DNA of 64,000 bases from Wickerhamiella versatilis (lineage: Eukaryota), in contig JAQOWU010000008.1 of assembly GCA_030867685.1 (NCBI GenBank), forward strand, positions 992,001 through 1,056,000. The letters run 5' to 3'. Positions 50,705 to 60,762 of this stretch are shown piece after piece. Both the position numbers and the translations under genes were made by a program. Numbering within the stretch: position 1 is the stretch's first letter; each line of letters begins with the position of its first letter. Under the pieces are notes generated by a model that did no database searches, was not told where the DNA came from, and saw only the letters and a list, made by a program, of their open reading frames with translations.

Positions 50705-51445
50705 TCACGACTGCCCCTTAATCTCTTCCTTAGTCTTCCTTGCGCCAAATATATTACTCCCTACACGAACATTAGTAGAGCCCTGTCCTATAGCCTGCAA
50801 ATAGTCGTGGCTCATCCCCATACTCAGACCAAGCGATCCAGTTGGCCAGCCCAGATAATTCTCAAGCTTCGACCTGTACTCGTTGAGAACAGAAAAATCT
50901 TTATTCTCACCCTCAGTGGTTGACTGGTCGAAAGATCCAATCGTCATAAGCCCCACAAGATGGAGATGTTTGCAATTCGAGATGACATGTTGAGCAAGCT
51001 TCTGGACAGCCTCAATGCCTAAGACTCCAGACTTCTGCGACTCTCCACTGGTATTTACCTGAATATATACATCCAAAACTGGCAGTTCCTCACCACGCTG
51101 ATTGTTCAACTTGGTTGCTTTGGAATCAGAGTCAAGAGTTTCAACGACAGTAAGATTCGGAATTTCCCGCACAATTTTAGCCTTGCCTGATTGAAGGTGA
51201 CCAATGAAATGCCAGCGGATGTCATCAGGTAGCTGCTTAGCCTTTTCTTGAAGTTCTTGTACATAGTTTTCACCAAAATGCCGATGGCCTAAGTCGTAAA
51301 GTGTTCGAATATCTTCTGCTGGTTTATATTTGCTTACTGCCACCAAATTTGGCAGAGTGCGTCCATATTTTGCACAAGCCTGCTTGATCTCTTCGGTTAC
51401 AGCACGATACGCAAGCTCTAGTTGACTCTTGCGGGTTGCACTCAT
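50705..51445 (-). CDS. PLP homeostasis protein (YggS/PLPBP, YBL036C-like)
   Basis: LVAVSKYKP, FGENYVQEL, WHFIGHLQS, QVNTSGE, LSMGMS, VRVGSNIFG. ATG 51445. Confidence 0.95.
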   Translation of the reverse strand: MSATRKSQLELAYRAVTEEIKQACAKYGRTLPNLVAVSKYKPAEDIRTLYDLGHRHFGENYVQELQEKAKQLPDDIRWHFIGHLQSGKAKIVREIPNLTVVETLDSDSKATKLNNQRGEELPVLDVYIQVNTSGESQKSGVLGIEAVQKLAQHVISNCKHLHLVGLMTIGSFDQSTTEGENKDFSVLNEYRSKLENYLGWPTGSLGLSMGMSHDYLQAIGQGSTNVRVGSNIFGARKTKEEIKGQS

Positions 51446-51490
51446 AATGTCCTTTCCCCCACTACTAAGCCACGCGTGACACTTGTACCC

Positions 51491-53302
51491 ATGAGCGGCA
51501 AACACGACGAAAAAGTGTCAATTAGGCAGCGTAAACCGGGAAAATTGGATGATTCAAAGCCGCCTGCTGGTATCGAAGGAGCAGATATCGGTCTTTCAAT
51601 CGACCCCGGTCATGCACAGGGCATTCTCGAGAGTTTGCGACAGGCAGGCCTCTATGCCACGCAGTTGACCGATTTGCCTGGATTTATAGTGGCACGACTG
51701 AAACCACAGACATTGGCAACAATTGCTGTAAAATCACAGCAAGAAGATTGGGATTGCGGTATCAAGACACCTGCTTTCGATATAGTAGGATCGGAGACAG
51801 GAGTTAGTCGGCCGCTCACTCCAGCTCTTCGCGAAGATATGGCTTTTCGTATGTTGGCATTCTCAGGATTACTGAAAAATCCCCATATTAAGGAGGTCAT
51901 TTCACCTGAACTTCTCCCTTTCAATCGCGATTTGTTCAGTTTCAATGATACCCCTAGTGGACAGATATTGCTGCAATGCGGTGAGAATGTGGCAACTTAT
52001 TTTGAATTCTTAGATTTTGCCTTTAGAAATCTTCGGTTTCCAGCCATGTTTGCTGGATTCGCTCTTCAGTTTTTTGACTATTCCTTAGTTGTGAATGCTG
52101 TTTTTCTTAGCCTGTCCCTTGTCATTGTTTATAGTTGGCGATTCAAGGAGCGTATTTTGGCCGCTAAATGGGGTTCTTCTGAAACCAATGCGTTGCCCTT
52201 AAGTTTGGCTACCCCTAATAAAGCTTTTCAAGGCACCAGCTCAGAGTCTAGGCACTACAGGCAGCTTGCTTTTATACCCGTTGCTATTGTGCTAATTTTG
52301 CTCTATTTTATTTGTCTTGTTGTGCTTCTAGGATTTGAAGTATTTTGCACACAGCTTTATGACGGTGAATACGCCTCTGTTGTTGCTCTTCTACCCACGG
52401 GAGTGAACGTGGTGGCTACAAAGATTCTTGCGCTTGTGTATGGAATTATACTGAAAGGCTTTGTAGATTGGGAAGACTATCCTATAATGGATGAGAAGGC
52501 GAGGATCACTGCGCAACGCAAATTCTGGCTTACTTGTTTGTTGAACTACGCGCCACTATTCCTTACAGCATTCATTTACTTACCTTTTGGCCATTTGCTT
52601 ATCTCTCAGACCGGCAATGTCATGATGGCCACTCGAGGAACTATCCCTGTAAAACAGGCGTTCATGCTGAACACTGATCGGCTCCGAAATCAGGCTGTTT
52701 ACTTTGCATTTACGAACCAGATAGTGGCAGTCGGATTGGACACCATACTTCCTCTAGCGCTTGATTTCGTGTTTAATCGTAAAAATGGATACGCCAAGGC
52801 TTTTTCCAGAGCAGAATTCAATTTGGATGAACGACTACTTGCTGCCTGCTCATTAATTGGTTACGGTTTGCTTATAACCCCAATTTACCCTGCAGCTGCG
52901 GCCTCTTGCTGTATAGGTCTTTGGATACAGTCACGTGCATCACTACTACAGTTGACCTCATGTTCTCGTTGCCCCGTTCCTCGCAGAGGGACTACCATTG
53001 GTATTTGGAATACGAACCTCCTGTTTCTGGTAGGTTTGGCCAGCGTGATAACACCTGTGGTTTGTGTCATGTACAGCTCCACCGAAAAATATAGCGCAAC
53101 GCAAAGCTACATCTCTCGGAGCGTTACTACAGTATTAGCAGTGGCTTTAATTTCAGAAAATGTGTTTCTGCTGTTGTCTAAGATTATAGATTCCTTTTTC
53201 AAGGGATTGCCTCTTCCCGTCTCACGACGGCCTGCGTCAGTACAGCCAGAGGTAGTTCCACCGCTCACTCCTATCGACATAGCTTGGAATAAGTCTATAT
53301 AG
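51491..53302 (+). CDS. IST2: Anoctamin/TMEM16-family membrane protein (Ist2-like)
   Basis: GENVATYFEFL, NYAPLFLTAFIYLPFGH, DRLRNQAVYFAFTNQIV, PRRGTTIGIW. ATG 51491. Confidence 0.8.
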   Translation: MSGKHDEKVSIRQRKPGKLDDSKPPAGIEGADIGLSIDPGHAQGILESLRQAGLYATQLTDLPGFIVARLKPQTLATIAVKSQQEDWDCGIKTPAFDIVGSETGVSRPLTPALREDMAFRMLAFSGLLKNPHIKEVISPELLPFNRDLFSFNDTPSGQILLQCGENVATYFEFLDFAFRNLRFPAMFAGFALQFFDYSLVVNAVFLSLSLVIVYSWRFKERILAAKWGSSETNALPLSLATPNKAFQGTSSESRHYRQLAFIPVAIVLILLYFICLVVLLGFEVFCTQLYDGEYASVVALLPTGVNVVATKILALVYGIILKGFVDWEDYPIMDEKARITAQRKFWLTCLLNYAPLFLTAFIYLPFGHLLISQTGNVMMATRGTIPVKQAFMLNTDRLRNQAVYFAFTNQIVAVGLDTILPLALDFVFNRKNGYAKAFSRAEFNLDERLLAACSLIGYGLLITPIYPAAAASCCIGLWIQSRASLLQLTSCSRCPVPRRGTTIGIWNTNLLFLVGLASVITPVVCVMYSSTEKYSATQSYISRSVTTVLAVALISENVFLLLSKIIDSFFKGLPLPVSRRPASVQPEVVPPLTPIDIAWNKSI

Positions 53303-53364
53303 ATAGATCATGTTCGTAAACAAATATCACAATGCGCCGTAGCTTAAGTTGACTCAGCGAGGAC

Positions 53365-55725
53365 ATGATTGAGCTGGTGCTGCTAGCAATCCTTTTAACC
53401 ACAGTATATTGCTCAGATCAAGTTCCTACGAAGACTGTCGTCGACGTCCTATCTGAAAACCCCCAATTTTCAGAATTTTTAGGAGCCTTGCAAAAGGAGG
53501 GTCTGGTTCCCTTCCTTAATCAACGCTGGAATGTCACTTTACTTGCACCAGTGAATAGCGCCTTTCTTTCGGCTAAGGATTACGATCTCAGCAGGCAAGA
53601 ATTACTTTACTATCTGCTCAATGTAACTGTTACTTCCTCTGACTTTGCTGATGAAATGCTTCTACCATCATTTGCCGATAAGGATGATAAAGCTTATCCT
53701 GTGTTACTGAAAGGACATTCTGTCAATAATGGAATTTCCGAGATTGTAGACTTTGACTTGAAAGCAAGTAGTGAGCGTGGAATTGTACAGGGTCTATCCG
53801 ATCTTCTTCCACTTCCAGAACCGCTGTGTAGTAAAGTTTTCTTATACGACAATCTGTCAATATTTGGACACCTTCTTATTGAATCAGAATTCTGTAAGAA
53901 TGCACCTACTAGTAATGGAATGACGATTTTTGCCCCTACGGATTCAAGTTTATATTCAGATTTTGAAGTGATTCAGTATGAATATCTAATGTCCAAATAT
54001 GGATCTGAAGACCGAGAAAAATTCATTCGACACCATATTATATCTGATATTGTTGCCCCACAGCTGCTTCCGGGACAGTTTTATTTGCTGGATGGAACAC
54101 TTGTTGATCTAGACAAAGATCACCACATCAATAGAACGCATGTTCTAGATTCCTGGGAGGTAGCTGCCGGTGGAACTTTAAATATTATCGATGCCAGTCT
54201 AGGGATCCCTATCAGTTGGACAGCTGAGAAATACCTACAAGCTTTGGGTGCTGAGACTTTCGTACATGAAGCACATCTTTATGGATACGAGGCAAAAATC
54301 AATGGATCCAGCAAGAACCACCAAACAATATTAGTTACCTCTAATCCATCAGCCCCTTGGTCAAGGGTAGCGGGCAGCAGTTACGATCACTACCTTTACC
54401 AATTTATTGATTCGCAACTGCATCTCTCCATATCTGTAGGGAAACCCCATACTGGTGACTCTTGGAGTGCTCTATTGAACACGCATATGCCGCTAAAATC
54501 GGGGCTTTATCCACAGCGGGTTCATCTTGATCACCATGTTTCCGGTTCTACCTACGTTAACTGGCAACACATCAAAAGTCGCGAGTATGCGGTGGGTAAC
54601 TCTTCCATTTATCTCATTGATGGAATTCTTCCTACACCTCCAAGTCTCCTAAGTGCTGTCGGGCCCCTGTTGTCGAATAGCTATAGTCTGGAGTATTTGG
54701 AGAAGCTTGACCTTGCGTCTCTTCCAGTAGAGAATAGTTGGACGCTTTTCCTGCCCATACGAGATGCTTGGGAACGAAATATCTTGATCAAAAAATATAT
54801 GGATAGTAACCAAACGGCCTTGAATCTTATGTTTGACAATTTGATACTCAGAGCCCCGATATATTCTGACTCGAATAAAACTGTTGTCAAACAGGCAGGT
54901 GGCCATCCTCTCCTTATTGAACCTAAGGATAACGGTTTCCTGGTCAATAATTCTGTATTTTACGAGGTTGATGTTCCAGATGTTCTTTTTGACAATGGTG
55001 TCGTACACTTTAGTAGTAACTTCTATTTGCCTGATAATCTGGAAATTTCGGCAGAAGATCTCGTAAAGGCTGGAGAAAGAGAAATATTCCTCGAATTGAT
55101 CGAAGCAGCAGGTTTGAGTGATTTACTTTGTGACTGCGCTAGTAATAAGACGTTTATAGTCCCACCCCCTAGGGACTTACGTCGTCATAACTACACAACA
55201 GAATCTGCTCCTGAAAAATTACAGGAAATGCTAAAATTACATATTATTGAAGGAAACCCTTTCCTTGATGGAATTCCAGATGGCACTGTTGTTACAACTA
55301 TTTCTAACGAAGGCTTGGAGGTTACGAAGATTGCAGAAAACACCTTGTCCCTGTTGTTGAAGTCTGGATCTGGTCAGCAGGTTTTCGCTACTTTAATGAG
55401 TAATACCAATGGCGTACTCTGCTCTGGTTCGACTGTGCTCTTTGTTAATCGTTTGATCTCCCCTTCTTGGATCTTTCACTCACCCTTTGGGATTCACACG
55501 CATACTGCACTGATCATAGGGCTAATACTTGGGCTTATGGCAGGATTTGGAGGAGTAGTTGTTATTGTTTATGCTTTTTTCTCTGACAACAGCAAAATCA
55601 GCGATTCAGAGGAACAAAGGCAACCTTTGCTTGAAGGAGAGGAAGAAGATACCATGGATGACGATAGCGTAACCCATCCAGTACGTACACCTGGTGGTTC
55701 GCGAACTCCTGAAGGTATCATTTAG
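53365..55725 (+). CDS. Fasciclin (FAS1) domain type I membrane protein (YLR001C-like)
   Basis: Signal peptide, TVVDVLS...VTLLAPVNSAF, TIFAPTD, WTLFLP, DVLFDNGVVH, a C-terminal TM and an acidic tail with QRQPLL. Confidence 0.85.
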   Translation: MIELVLLAILLTTVYCSDQVPTKTVVDVLSENPQFSEFLGALQKEGLVPFLNQRWNVTLLAPVNSAFLSAKDYDLSRQELLYYLLNVTVTSSDFADEMLLPSFADKDDKAYPVLLKGHSVNNGISEIVDFDLKASSERGIVQGLSDLLPLPEPLCSKVFLYDNLSIFGHLLIESEFCKNAPTSNGMTIFAPTDSSLYSDFEVIQYEYLMSKYGSEDREKFIRHHIISDIVAPQLLPGQFYLLDGTLVDLDKDHHINRTHVLDSWEVAAGGTLNIIDASLGIPISWTAEKYLQALGAETFVHEAHLYGYEAKINGSSKNHQTILVTSNPSAPWSRVAGSSYDHYLYQFIDSQLHLSISVGKPHTGDSWSALLNTHMPLKSGLYPQRVHLDHHVSGSTYVNWQHIKSREYAVGNSSIYLIDGILPTPPSLLSAVGPLLSNSYSLEYLEKLDLASLPVENSWTLFLPIRDAWERNILIKKYMDSNQTALNLMFDNLILRAPIYSDSNKTVVKQAGGHPLLIEPKDNGFLVNNSVFYEVDVPDVLFDNGVVHFSSNFYLPDNLEISAEDLVKAGEREIFLELIEAAGLSDLLCDCASNKTFIVPPPRDLRRHNYTTESAPEKLQEMLKLHIIEGNPFLDGIPDGTVVTTISNEGLEVTKIAENTLSLLLKSGSGQQVFATLMSNTNGVLCSGSTVLFVNRLISPSWIFHSPFGIHTHTALIIGLILGLMAGFGGVVVIVYAFFSDNSKISDSEEQRQPLLEGEEEDTMDDDSVTHPVRTPGGSRTPEGII

Positions 55726-55814
55726 TCTAGTGAAGCTTATAATTCATTTTCATATAAAATTATATATATATACCATGCGATGCAATCCGTGACGTGACTA
55801 AGCTTAGCTTGACT

Positions 55815-56162
55815 ATGAGCACTTCATCCGGTGCGCCACCATATTATGAGCTCTATCGTAGGAGCAGTGTGGGCTGGGCACTTACAGAGAGTCTCGACCA
55901 ACTTATTGGAGAGTCCTACATAGAGCCACAGCAGGCTTTACGTATCTTATCGCACTTTGATCGGGTTATGACAGATACTCTTCGAGAAATGGTTAAAGCT
56001 CGTCTCAGTCTGAAGGGTCATCTCCAGACCTATCGCTGCTGCGATGACGTTTGGACTTTTTTGGTGAAGGATGTCACGTTTAAGATGGATGATGGCGAAA
56101 TGGTTCAAGCAGACAAGATTAAAATTGTAGCTTGCAATTCACGGAGACCTCAAGATCAATAA
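55815..56162 (+). CDS. TOA2: TFIIA small subunit
   Basis: [34 protein letters not shown] 55815. Confidence 0.95.
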   Translation: MSTSSGAPPYYELYRRSSVGWALTESLDQLIGESYIEPQQALRILSHFDRVMTDTLREMVKARLSLKGHLQTYRCCDDVWTFLVKDVTFKMDDGEMVQADKIKIVACNSRRPQDQ

Positions 56163-56189
56163 ATAATTAATTGCAATTTATATTAAGTT

Positions 56190-56675
56190 TCATTGTGCAC
56201 GCTTTAGTACTACTGGCTTCCGGCCAATATACTTCTTGTTCATCTGCTGAAATGCATGAAGGTAATCAGAAGCATCTTTAAATGATACAAAGCCATAACC
56301 TCGGGAAACTTGAGTACGTTTATCCAATACAACATTGGCATTCGTTAAACTATGGTACTTTCTGAACGCTTTATCTAGCATTTCCGTCGTAACATCCTGT
56401 CCTAAGTTACCCACGAAAAGACGAAAGTTCGAGGGGCCGCATGCATCTGAAGTCTGATTCTTCGTTTCCACAGTGTTCATTTGTTTTTTAATATCCCTTT
56501 TGCGTTTTTTCCTCCCTTCTGTTACAACCCCCAGAGAGTTCGTTTCGGAAGATCTGGAATTTTGTTTAATGTTCGGTTGCTCCTTAGTCTCAGATAACTC
56601 TCTGCTGTCTTCTTCATTCACTGGAGATGCTCCTTGATCCTCAAGCGTTTGCTGCACGTCAACTCGTTTCCACAT
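56190..56675 (-). CDS. RRM protein, RBM42-like
   Basis: FRLFVGNLGQDV, RGYGFVSF, MNKKYIGRKPVVLKRA. Confidence 0.8.
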   Translation of the reverse strand: MWKRVDVQQTLEDQGASPVNEEDSRELSETKEQPNIKQNSRSSETNSLGVVTEGRKKRKRDIKKQMNTVETKNQTSDACGPSNFRLFVGNLGQDVTTEMLDKAFRKYHSLTNANVVLDKRTQVSRGYGFVSFKDASDYLHAFQQMNKKYIGRKPVVLKRAQ

Positions 56676-56714
56676 AAAGCCATCTAGTTATCTAAGCGCC
56701 ATCAGAACCAGGGA

Positions 56715-57254
56715 ATGCTTCGCATTTGGGATCTGAAAAAGGAGGCGGATAAACAAAAAGCTGAGGGACTTCAAGGAAAAAAAGTTACTAGTGCTCAGCT
56801 CCGTGTACAAGGCGATGTGAGCTCTTTACAGTTACCACGAACAATGACAGTGGAATTTCCTAATCCTGACGACTTGATGTACTTTCGATTGTATCTGGTG
56901 CCAGACGAAGGCATATATAAAGGCGGCCACTTCTCTTTCACGTTTGATATTCCGGCAGAATATCCAATTGAGCCCCCGAAGGTCCGGTGCCAACAAAAGA
57001 TTTACCATCCTAATATCGACTTGGAGGGAGCCGTCTGTTTGAATATATTAAGGGAAGACTGGAAACCGGTACTTTCCCTGAACGCAATTGTAATAGGTAT
57101 TCAATTTTTATTTTTGGAGCCTAATCAAAACGATCCTCTTAATCGTGATGCTGCTGCCTCGTTACAAGCTTCACCTTCAACTTTTGCGTCAAAGGCTAAA
57201 AGAGCTATGCTAGGTGGCATGGTGGATGGTGAATCTTTTGACCGTGTTATCTAG
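56715..57254 (+). CDS. UBC12: NEDD8/Rub1-conjugating enzyme
   Basis: MLRIW N-terminal docking peptide, AQLRVQ, YHPNIDLEGAVCLNILREDW. Confidence 0.95.
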   Translation: MLRIWDLKKEADKQKAEGLQGKKVTSAQLRVQGDVSSLQLPRTMTVEFPNPDDLMYFRLYLVPDEGIYKGGHFSFTFDIPAEYPIEPPKVRCQQKIYHPNIDLEGAVCLNILREDWKPVLSLNAIVIGIQFLFLEPNQNDPLNRDAAASLQASPSTFASKAKRAMLGGMVDGESFDRVI

Positions 57255-57290
57255 GTTTGCAAGAAGAGATAGCTAGAATAACTTATTGCG

Positions 57291-58202
57291 TTATGGATGG
57301 AAGTCAGGAGGTGGATTAAAAAACTCGGTAGGTTTCGTTGGCTCTTCGTATGCCAATGCTTCAGGAGGAATTCCGGAGAGTGGGCTTTGATCATTACGTT
57401 CTCCCTTATTTGTTGCATCTGATTCTTCCTGTAAATCTTGTTTACCGCTAGGTTTGAGTGGTGTTTGTGGTGGTGACTTCTCGTCAATTGGCTTGGCAGT
57501 GGGCAATGATACTCTTTCTGTGTTTTCGTCATTATAGGCCTGCTTGGCAGGGGAAATGGCCGTTCGAGCACCAGGAGTTACGCGGTGAGTGGTATCCCAT
57601 TGAGTTTGCATGGCCACAAATCCCGTAGCCAATGCGATCTCTGGGTCTAGGCTACTGTCAACCAGCAGCTCCCATTCAAACCGGTACGGTCGAAGCAAAC
57701 GGACTCGAGCAAGGCGTTCACGACGCTCTTCATGTTTTCCTCCCGGGTTTATCGTTCGTTCAAGCCACTGACTGCGGCGCGTCCAGTGATAAGACGCGCC
57801 ATCTGTCAGGAAAAACTGGCGTCGGAGCCAGCCTGTTACCCATCCTTGATCTGGGGTTAGCTGACGATGCTGCAAGCCAGGTTTATCTAGGAAGTCAACA
57901 GATTGCCATACCAAACCGATGCGAATTAGAGCGACCTGGCGCCGCACTGGTAGTTCGTATAGAGACCACAATGTTGAGTATTCTGAGGTTCTCTCGAAGG
58001 AAAATACAGGCTTCCCTAGTGCATCATAAACATTGACCGTCGTGTTCGGTTCTCCGTTGTCGCTACGAATATAAAAGGCGTCGGCATCCGGACTTAAAGC
58101 TTCATAGGTTGCAGCAGAGCTGCTTCCACCAATTCCATCAGGTACAAATCTCACGCACAGATTAGTGAAGGCAGTAAGTAGTGAGAGGGTGGTAGTCTCC
58201 AT
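57291..58202 (-). CDS. Hypothetical beta-rich protein (possible tubby/scramblase-like fold) with a disordered tail
   Basis: ATG 58202. Serial short beta strands, a YHW motif and a terminal hydrophobic helix (PEIALATGFVAM), then a P/E/K-rich tail. Confidence 0.7.
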   Translation of the reverse strand: METTTLSLLTAFTNLCVRFVPDGIGGSSSAATYEALSPDADAFYIRSDNGEPNTTVNVYDALGKPVFSFERTSEYSTLWSLYELPVRRQVALIRIGLVWQSVDFLDKPGLQHRQLTPDQGWVTGWLRRQFFLTDGASYHWTRRSQWLERTINPGGKHEERRERLARVRLLRPYRFEWELLVDSSLDPEIALATGFVAMQTQWDTTHRVTPGARTAISPAKQAYNDENTERVSLPTAKPIDEKSPPQTPLKPSGKQDLQEESDATNKGERNDQSPLSGIPPEALAYEEPTKPTEFFNPPPDFHP

Positions 58203-58454
58203 GAGGAGCAAATCAGCGAGGCCAGAATATATTCTGTGGTGACCTTCCCTTCTCAGAAATATGCATTTTCCAATAAGAGATACTACTCGGTATGGTAATT
58301 CGTGCTAACTTGATAGGGAAAGTGAAAGTACCAAATAAGGAAATAGTGTTTTTCAGCATACTCCTAAGTGCGGTAGTATCAAATTTATTTCCCTGATATA
58401 TCTAAATTCCTAATTTCAAGATAGCACACCCTTCTGGGCGAGCTCTAAAGCCAT

Positions 58455-59675
58455 TTACTGGTTCTCAGGACGCAGCTTGCGGACCTCACGGCCAACACGC
58501 CAGATCTCGAGATCGTCAATGTCCTTGAGTTCCTTAGCATATTTTTCACGGTAGTCAGGCTGGCTGTTGAAATCCAGAGAACGCTTGGTCTCGGTACCAT
58601 CAACGACAGAGTCGTAGAGCTTGTTGAACACAGGCTTCAAGGCGTCCTTGAATGTAGGGAACCAATCCAATGCACCACGACGAGCGGTGGTTGAGCAAGC
58701 GTTGTACATGTAGTCCATGCCATGTGCACCAATGAGAGGATAGAGAGACTGAGTAGCCTCTTCCACGGTCTCGTTGAATGCCTCGGATGGGGAATGACCA
58801 CGCTCACGCAAGACCTCGTACTGGGCGAGGAAAAGACCGTGGATGCCACCCATCAAGCAGCCTCTCTCACCATAGAGGTCTGAGTGAACCTCCTTCTCGA
58901 AGGTAGTCTCGTAGACGTATCCAGACCCAATGGCAACAGACATTGCGATGGCCTTCTCTTCGGCCTTTCCTGTGACATCCTGCCAAACAGCGAAAGACGA
59001 ATTGATACCGCGGCCCTCCTTGAACAAGGTACGGACAGTACGGCCAGATCCCTTGGGTGCGACAAGAATAACATCAACATCCTTTGGAGGTTCCACTTTG
59101 GTCAACTCCTTGTAGACAGGTGAGAAGCCATGACTGAAATACAAAGTCTTACCCTTAGTGATAAGTGGTTTCAAACTTGACCAAGTCTCACTCTGAGCAG
59201 CATCAGACAGAAGGTCCATAACGATAGTACCCTTCTGGGCCGCCTCTTCGACAGTGAAGAGGTTCTTGCCTGGGACCCAACCGTCATCGATGGCAGCCTT
59301 CCAGGATGCACCGTCCTTACGAACACCCACAATAACGTTAAGGCCATTATCACGAAGATTCAAGCCCTGGCCATGGCCCTGGGAACCATACCCGATAAGG
59401 GCAAACGTGTCATCCTTGAAGTAGTCACGCAACTTCTCGAGGGGCCAGTCATCACGCTCGTAGACCTTCTCAACAGTGTCAGCGAACTTGATGCTCTTGA
59501 CACCACGAGTCATAAGTGGCTGCTGAGCAGCGGCTGTGCGAGCGGAAGCAGGCAACTTGCGCAAAGCGACAGGTGCTTGACGAGCGAGCACGCTGAAGGT
59601 ACGCTTTTCAGCAGCACCCATAGCGCGGCTCAGAAATGTTTTGTTAGCGCGAGACATCATCATACGGGACGACAT
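58455..59675 (-). CDS. ILV5: Ketol-acid reductoisomerase, mitochondrial
   Basis: IGYGSQGHGQ, SHGFS, APKGSG, SDLYGERGCLMG. Presequence starts at ATG 59675. Confidence 0.97.
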   Translation of the reverse strand: MSSRMMMSRANKTFLSRAMGAAEKRTFSVLARQAPVALRKLPASARTAAAQQPLMTRGVKSIKFADTVEKVYERDDWPLEKLRDYFKDDTFALIGYGSQGHGQGLNLRDNGLNVIVGVRKDGASWKAAIDDGWVPGKNLFTVEEAAQKGTIVMDLLSDAAQSETWSSLKPLITKGKTLYFSHGFSPVYKELTKVEPPKDVDVILVAPKGSGRTVRTLFKEGRGINSSFAVWQDVTGKAEEKAIAMSVAIGSGYVYETTFEKEVHSDLYGERGCLMGGIHGLFLAQYEVLRERGHSPSEAFNETVEEATQSLYPLIGAHGMDYMYNACSTTARRGALDWFPTFKDALKPVFNKLYDSVVDGTETKRSLDFNSQPDYREKYAKELKDIDDLEIWRVGREVRKLRPENQ

Positions 59676-59746
59676 TTCCTGAGATTCAAGTAAAAGTATA
59701 AGCTTAGGTGGAAATTTCACTCACAGAGTGTCTAGGGTTGGGGTAG

Positions 59747-60099
59747 TGACTCACCGATTTCGTGGCCGCTATCGGCAAGTGGTCAGAAGTGCGGAGACGT
59801 AGAGCAGATAGAAAGTATGCTAGCAGGCCGATATTTTGATCAACACTGACAGCACAGACCGCAACTTGGTTAAATGATTTGCTTGCGATTAACATGCTGC
59901 TCACCAATGGCAGAAATTCAAATATATTTAAAACGAGCTAAACATGTTACTCGTCTGATAGTCTGGATAAATTTACACCAACCACGTGGCTGTGGTGGGC
60001 CTTTTGCTTTATATTACATGTCTTATTTTTAACTGTCGTATTACTATATACAATGAATATCACCCAGATTTTTACCAATGTGTATATTGACTCACGTGA
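59747..60099. promoter_or_regulatory. Gcn4/AP-1 sites and E-box in the ILV5-TEM1 divergent promoter
   Basis: TGACTCA at 59747 and 60088, the latter overlapping TCACGTGA at 60092-60099. ILV5 is a known Gcn4 target in S. cerevisiae. Confidence 0.55.
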
Positions 60100-60138
60100 T
60101 CTGCTTATATCATCGTGAAAGGTACCAGGCAGGTAAAC

Positions 60139-60762
60139 ATGAGCCGCAAGCCCACCCCAGTGAACCTGGCAGAGCCACGCACTGAGCAGATGCAGGTAAA
60201 AGTTGGGCTTATAGGAGACGCCCAAATAGGTAAGACAAGCCTCATGGTACGTTACTGTGACGGTAGTTTTGACGAGGATTATGTTCAGACTTTAGGCGTC
60301 AACTTTCTCGAAAAGACAATTGCCATCCGCAATACGCAGCTTACATTCAGTATCTGGGATCTTGGTGGACAACGTGAGTTCATAAACATGTTACCTATTG
60401 TGTGCTCTGATGCAGCAGCAATCATTTTCATGTTCGACCTTACCAGAAAAGCGACGCTAAATAGCATCCGCAACTGGTACCGACAGGCCAGAGGTTTCAA
60501 TAGAATTGCTGTTCCACTGCTCGTAGGTACAAAATTTGACCGATTTTACGAAATGAGCGATGATGAACAGATTGAAATTTCTGAGCAGGCAAAGAAGTAT
60601 GCCAAGGCCATGCGCGCCCCACTAGTATTCTGCTCAACGTCGGAGGGGATTAATATATCAAAAATTTTTAAAATCATCATTTCGAAAACGTTTGATCTCA
60701 CGCTTAAGATGCCTGAGCTAACCCAAGCTGGCGAGCCGCTAGTGATATTTTCTCAGTGGTAA
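60139..60762 (+). CDS. TEM1: Mitotic exit / septation GTPase (Tem1/Spg1)
   Basis: GDAQIGKTSLMV, QTLGVNF, WDLGGQREFINMLP, VGTKFD. ATG 60139. Confidence 0.95.
   Translation: MSRKPTPVNLAEPRTEQMQVKVGLIGDAQIGKTSLMVRYCDGSFDEDYVQTLGVNFLEKTIAIRNTQLTFSIWDLGGQREFINMLPIVCSDAAAIIFMFDLTRKATLNSIRNWYRQARGFNRIAVPLLVGTKFDRFYEMSDDEQIEISEQAKKYAKAMRAPLVFCSTSEGINISKIFKIIISKTFDLTLKMPELTQAGEPLVIFSQW

Noticed and set aside
58174-58315. Plus-strand GTAAGT…GCTAAC…TAG intron-like signal
   Set aside because: Antisense to both flanking genes with no host ORF, so likely chance.
59676-59754. 5' UTR intron in ILV5 (minus-strand GTGAGT…CAG)
   Set aside because: No good branch point, and one GTGAGT coincides with the Gcn4 site.
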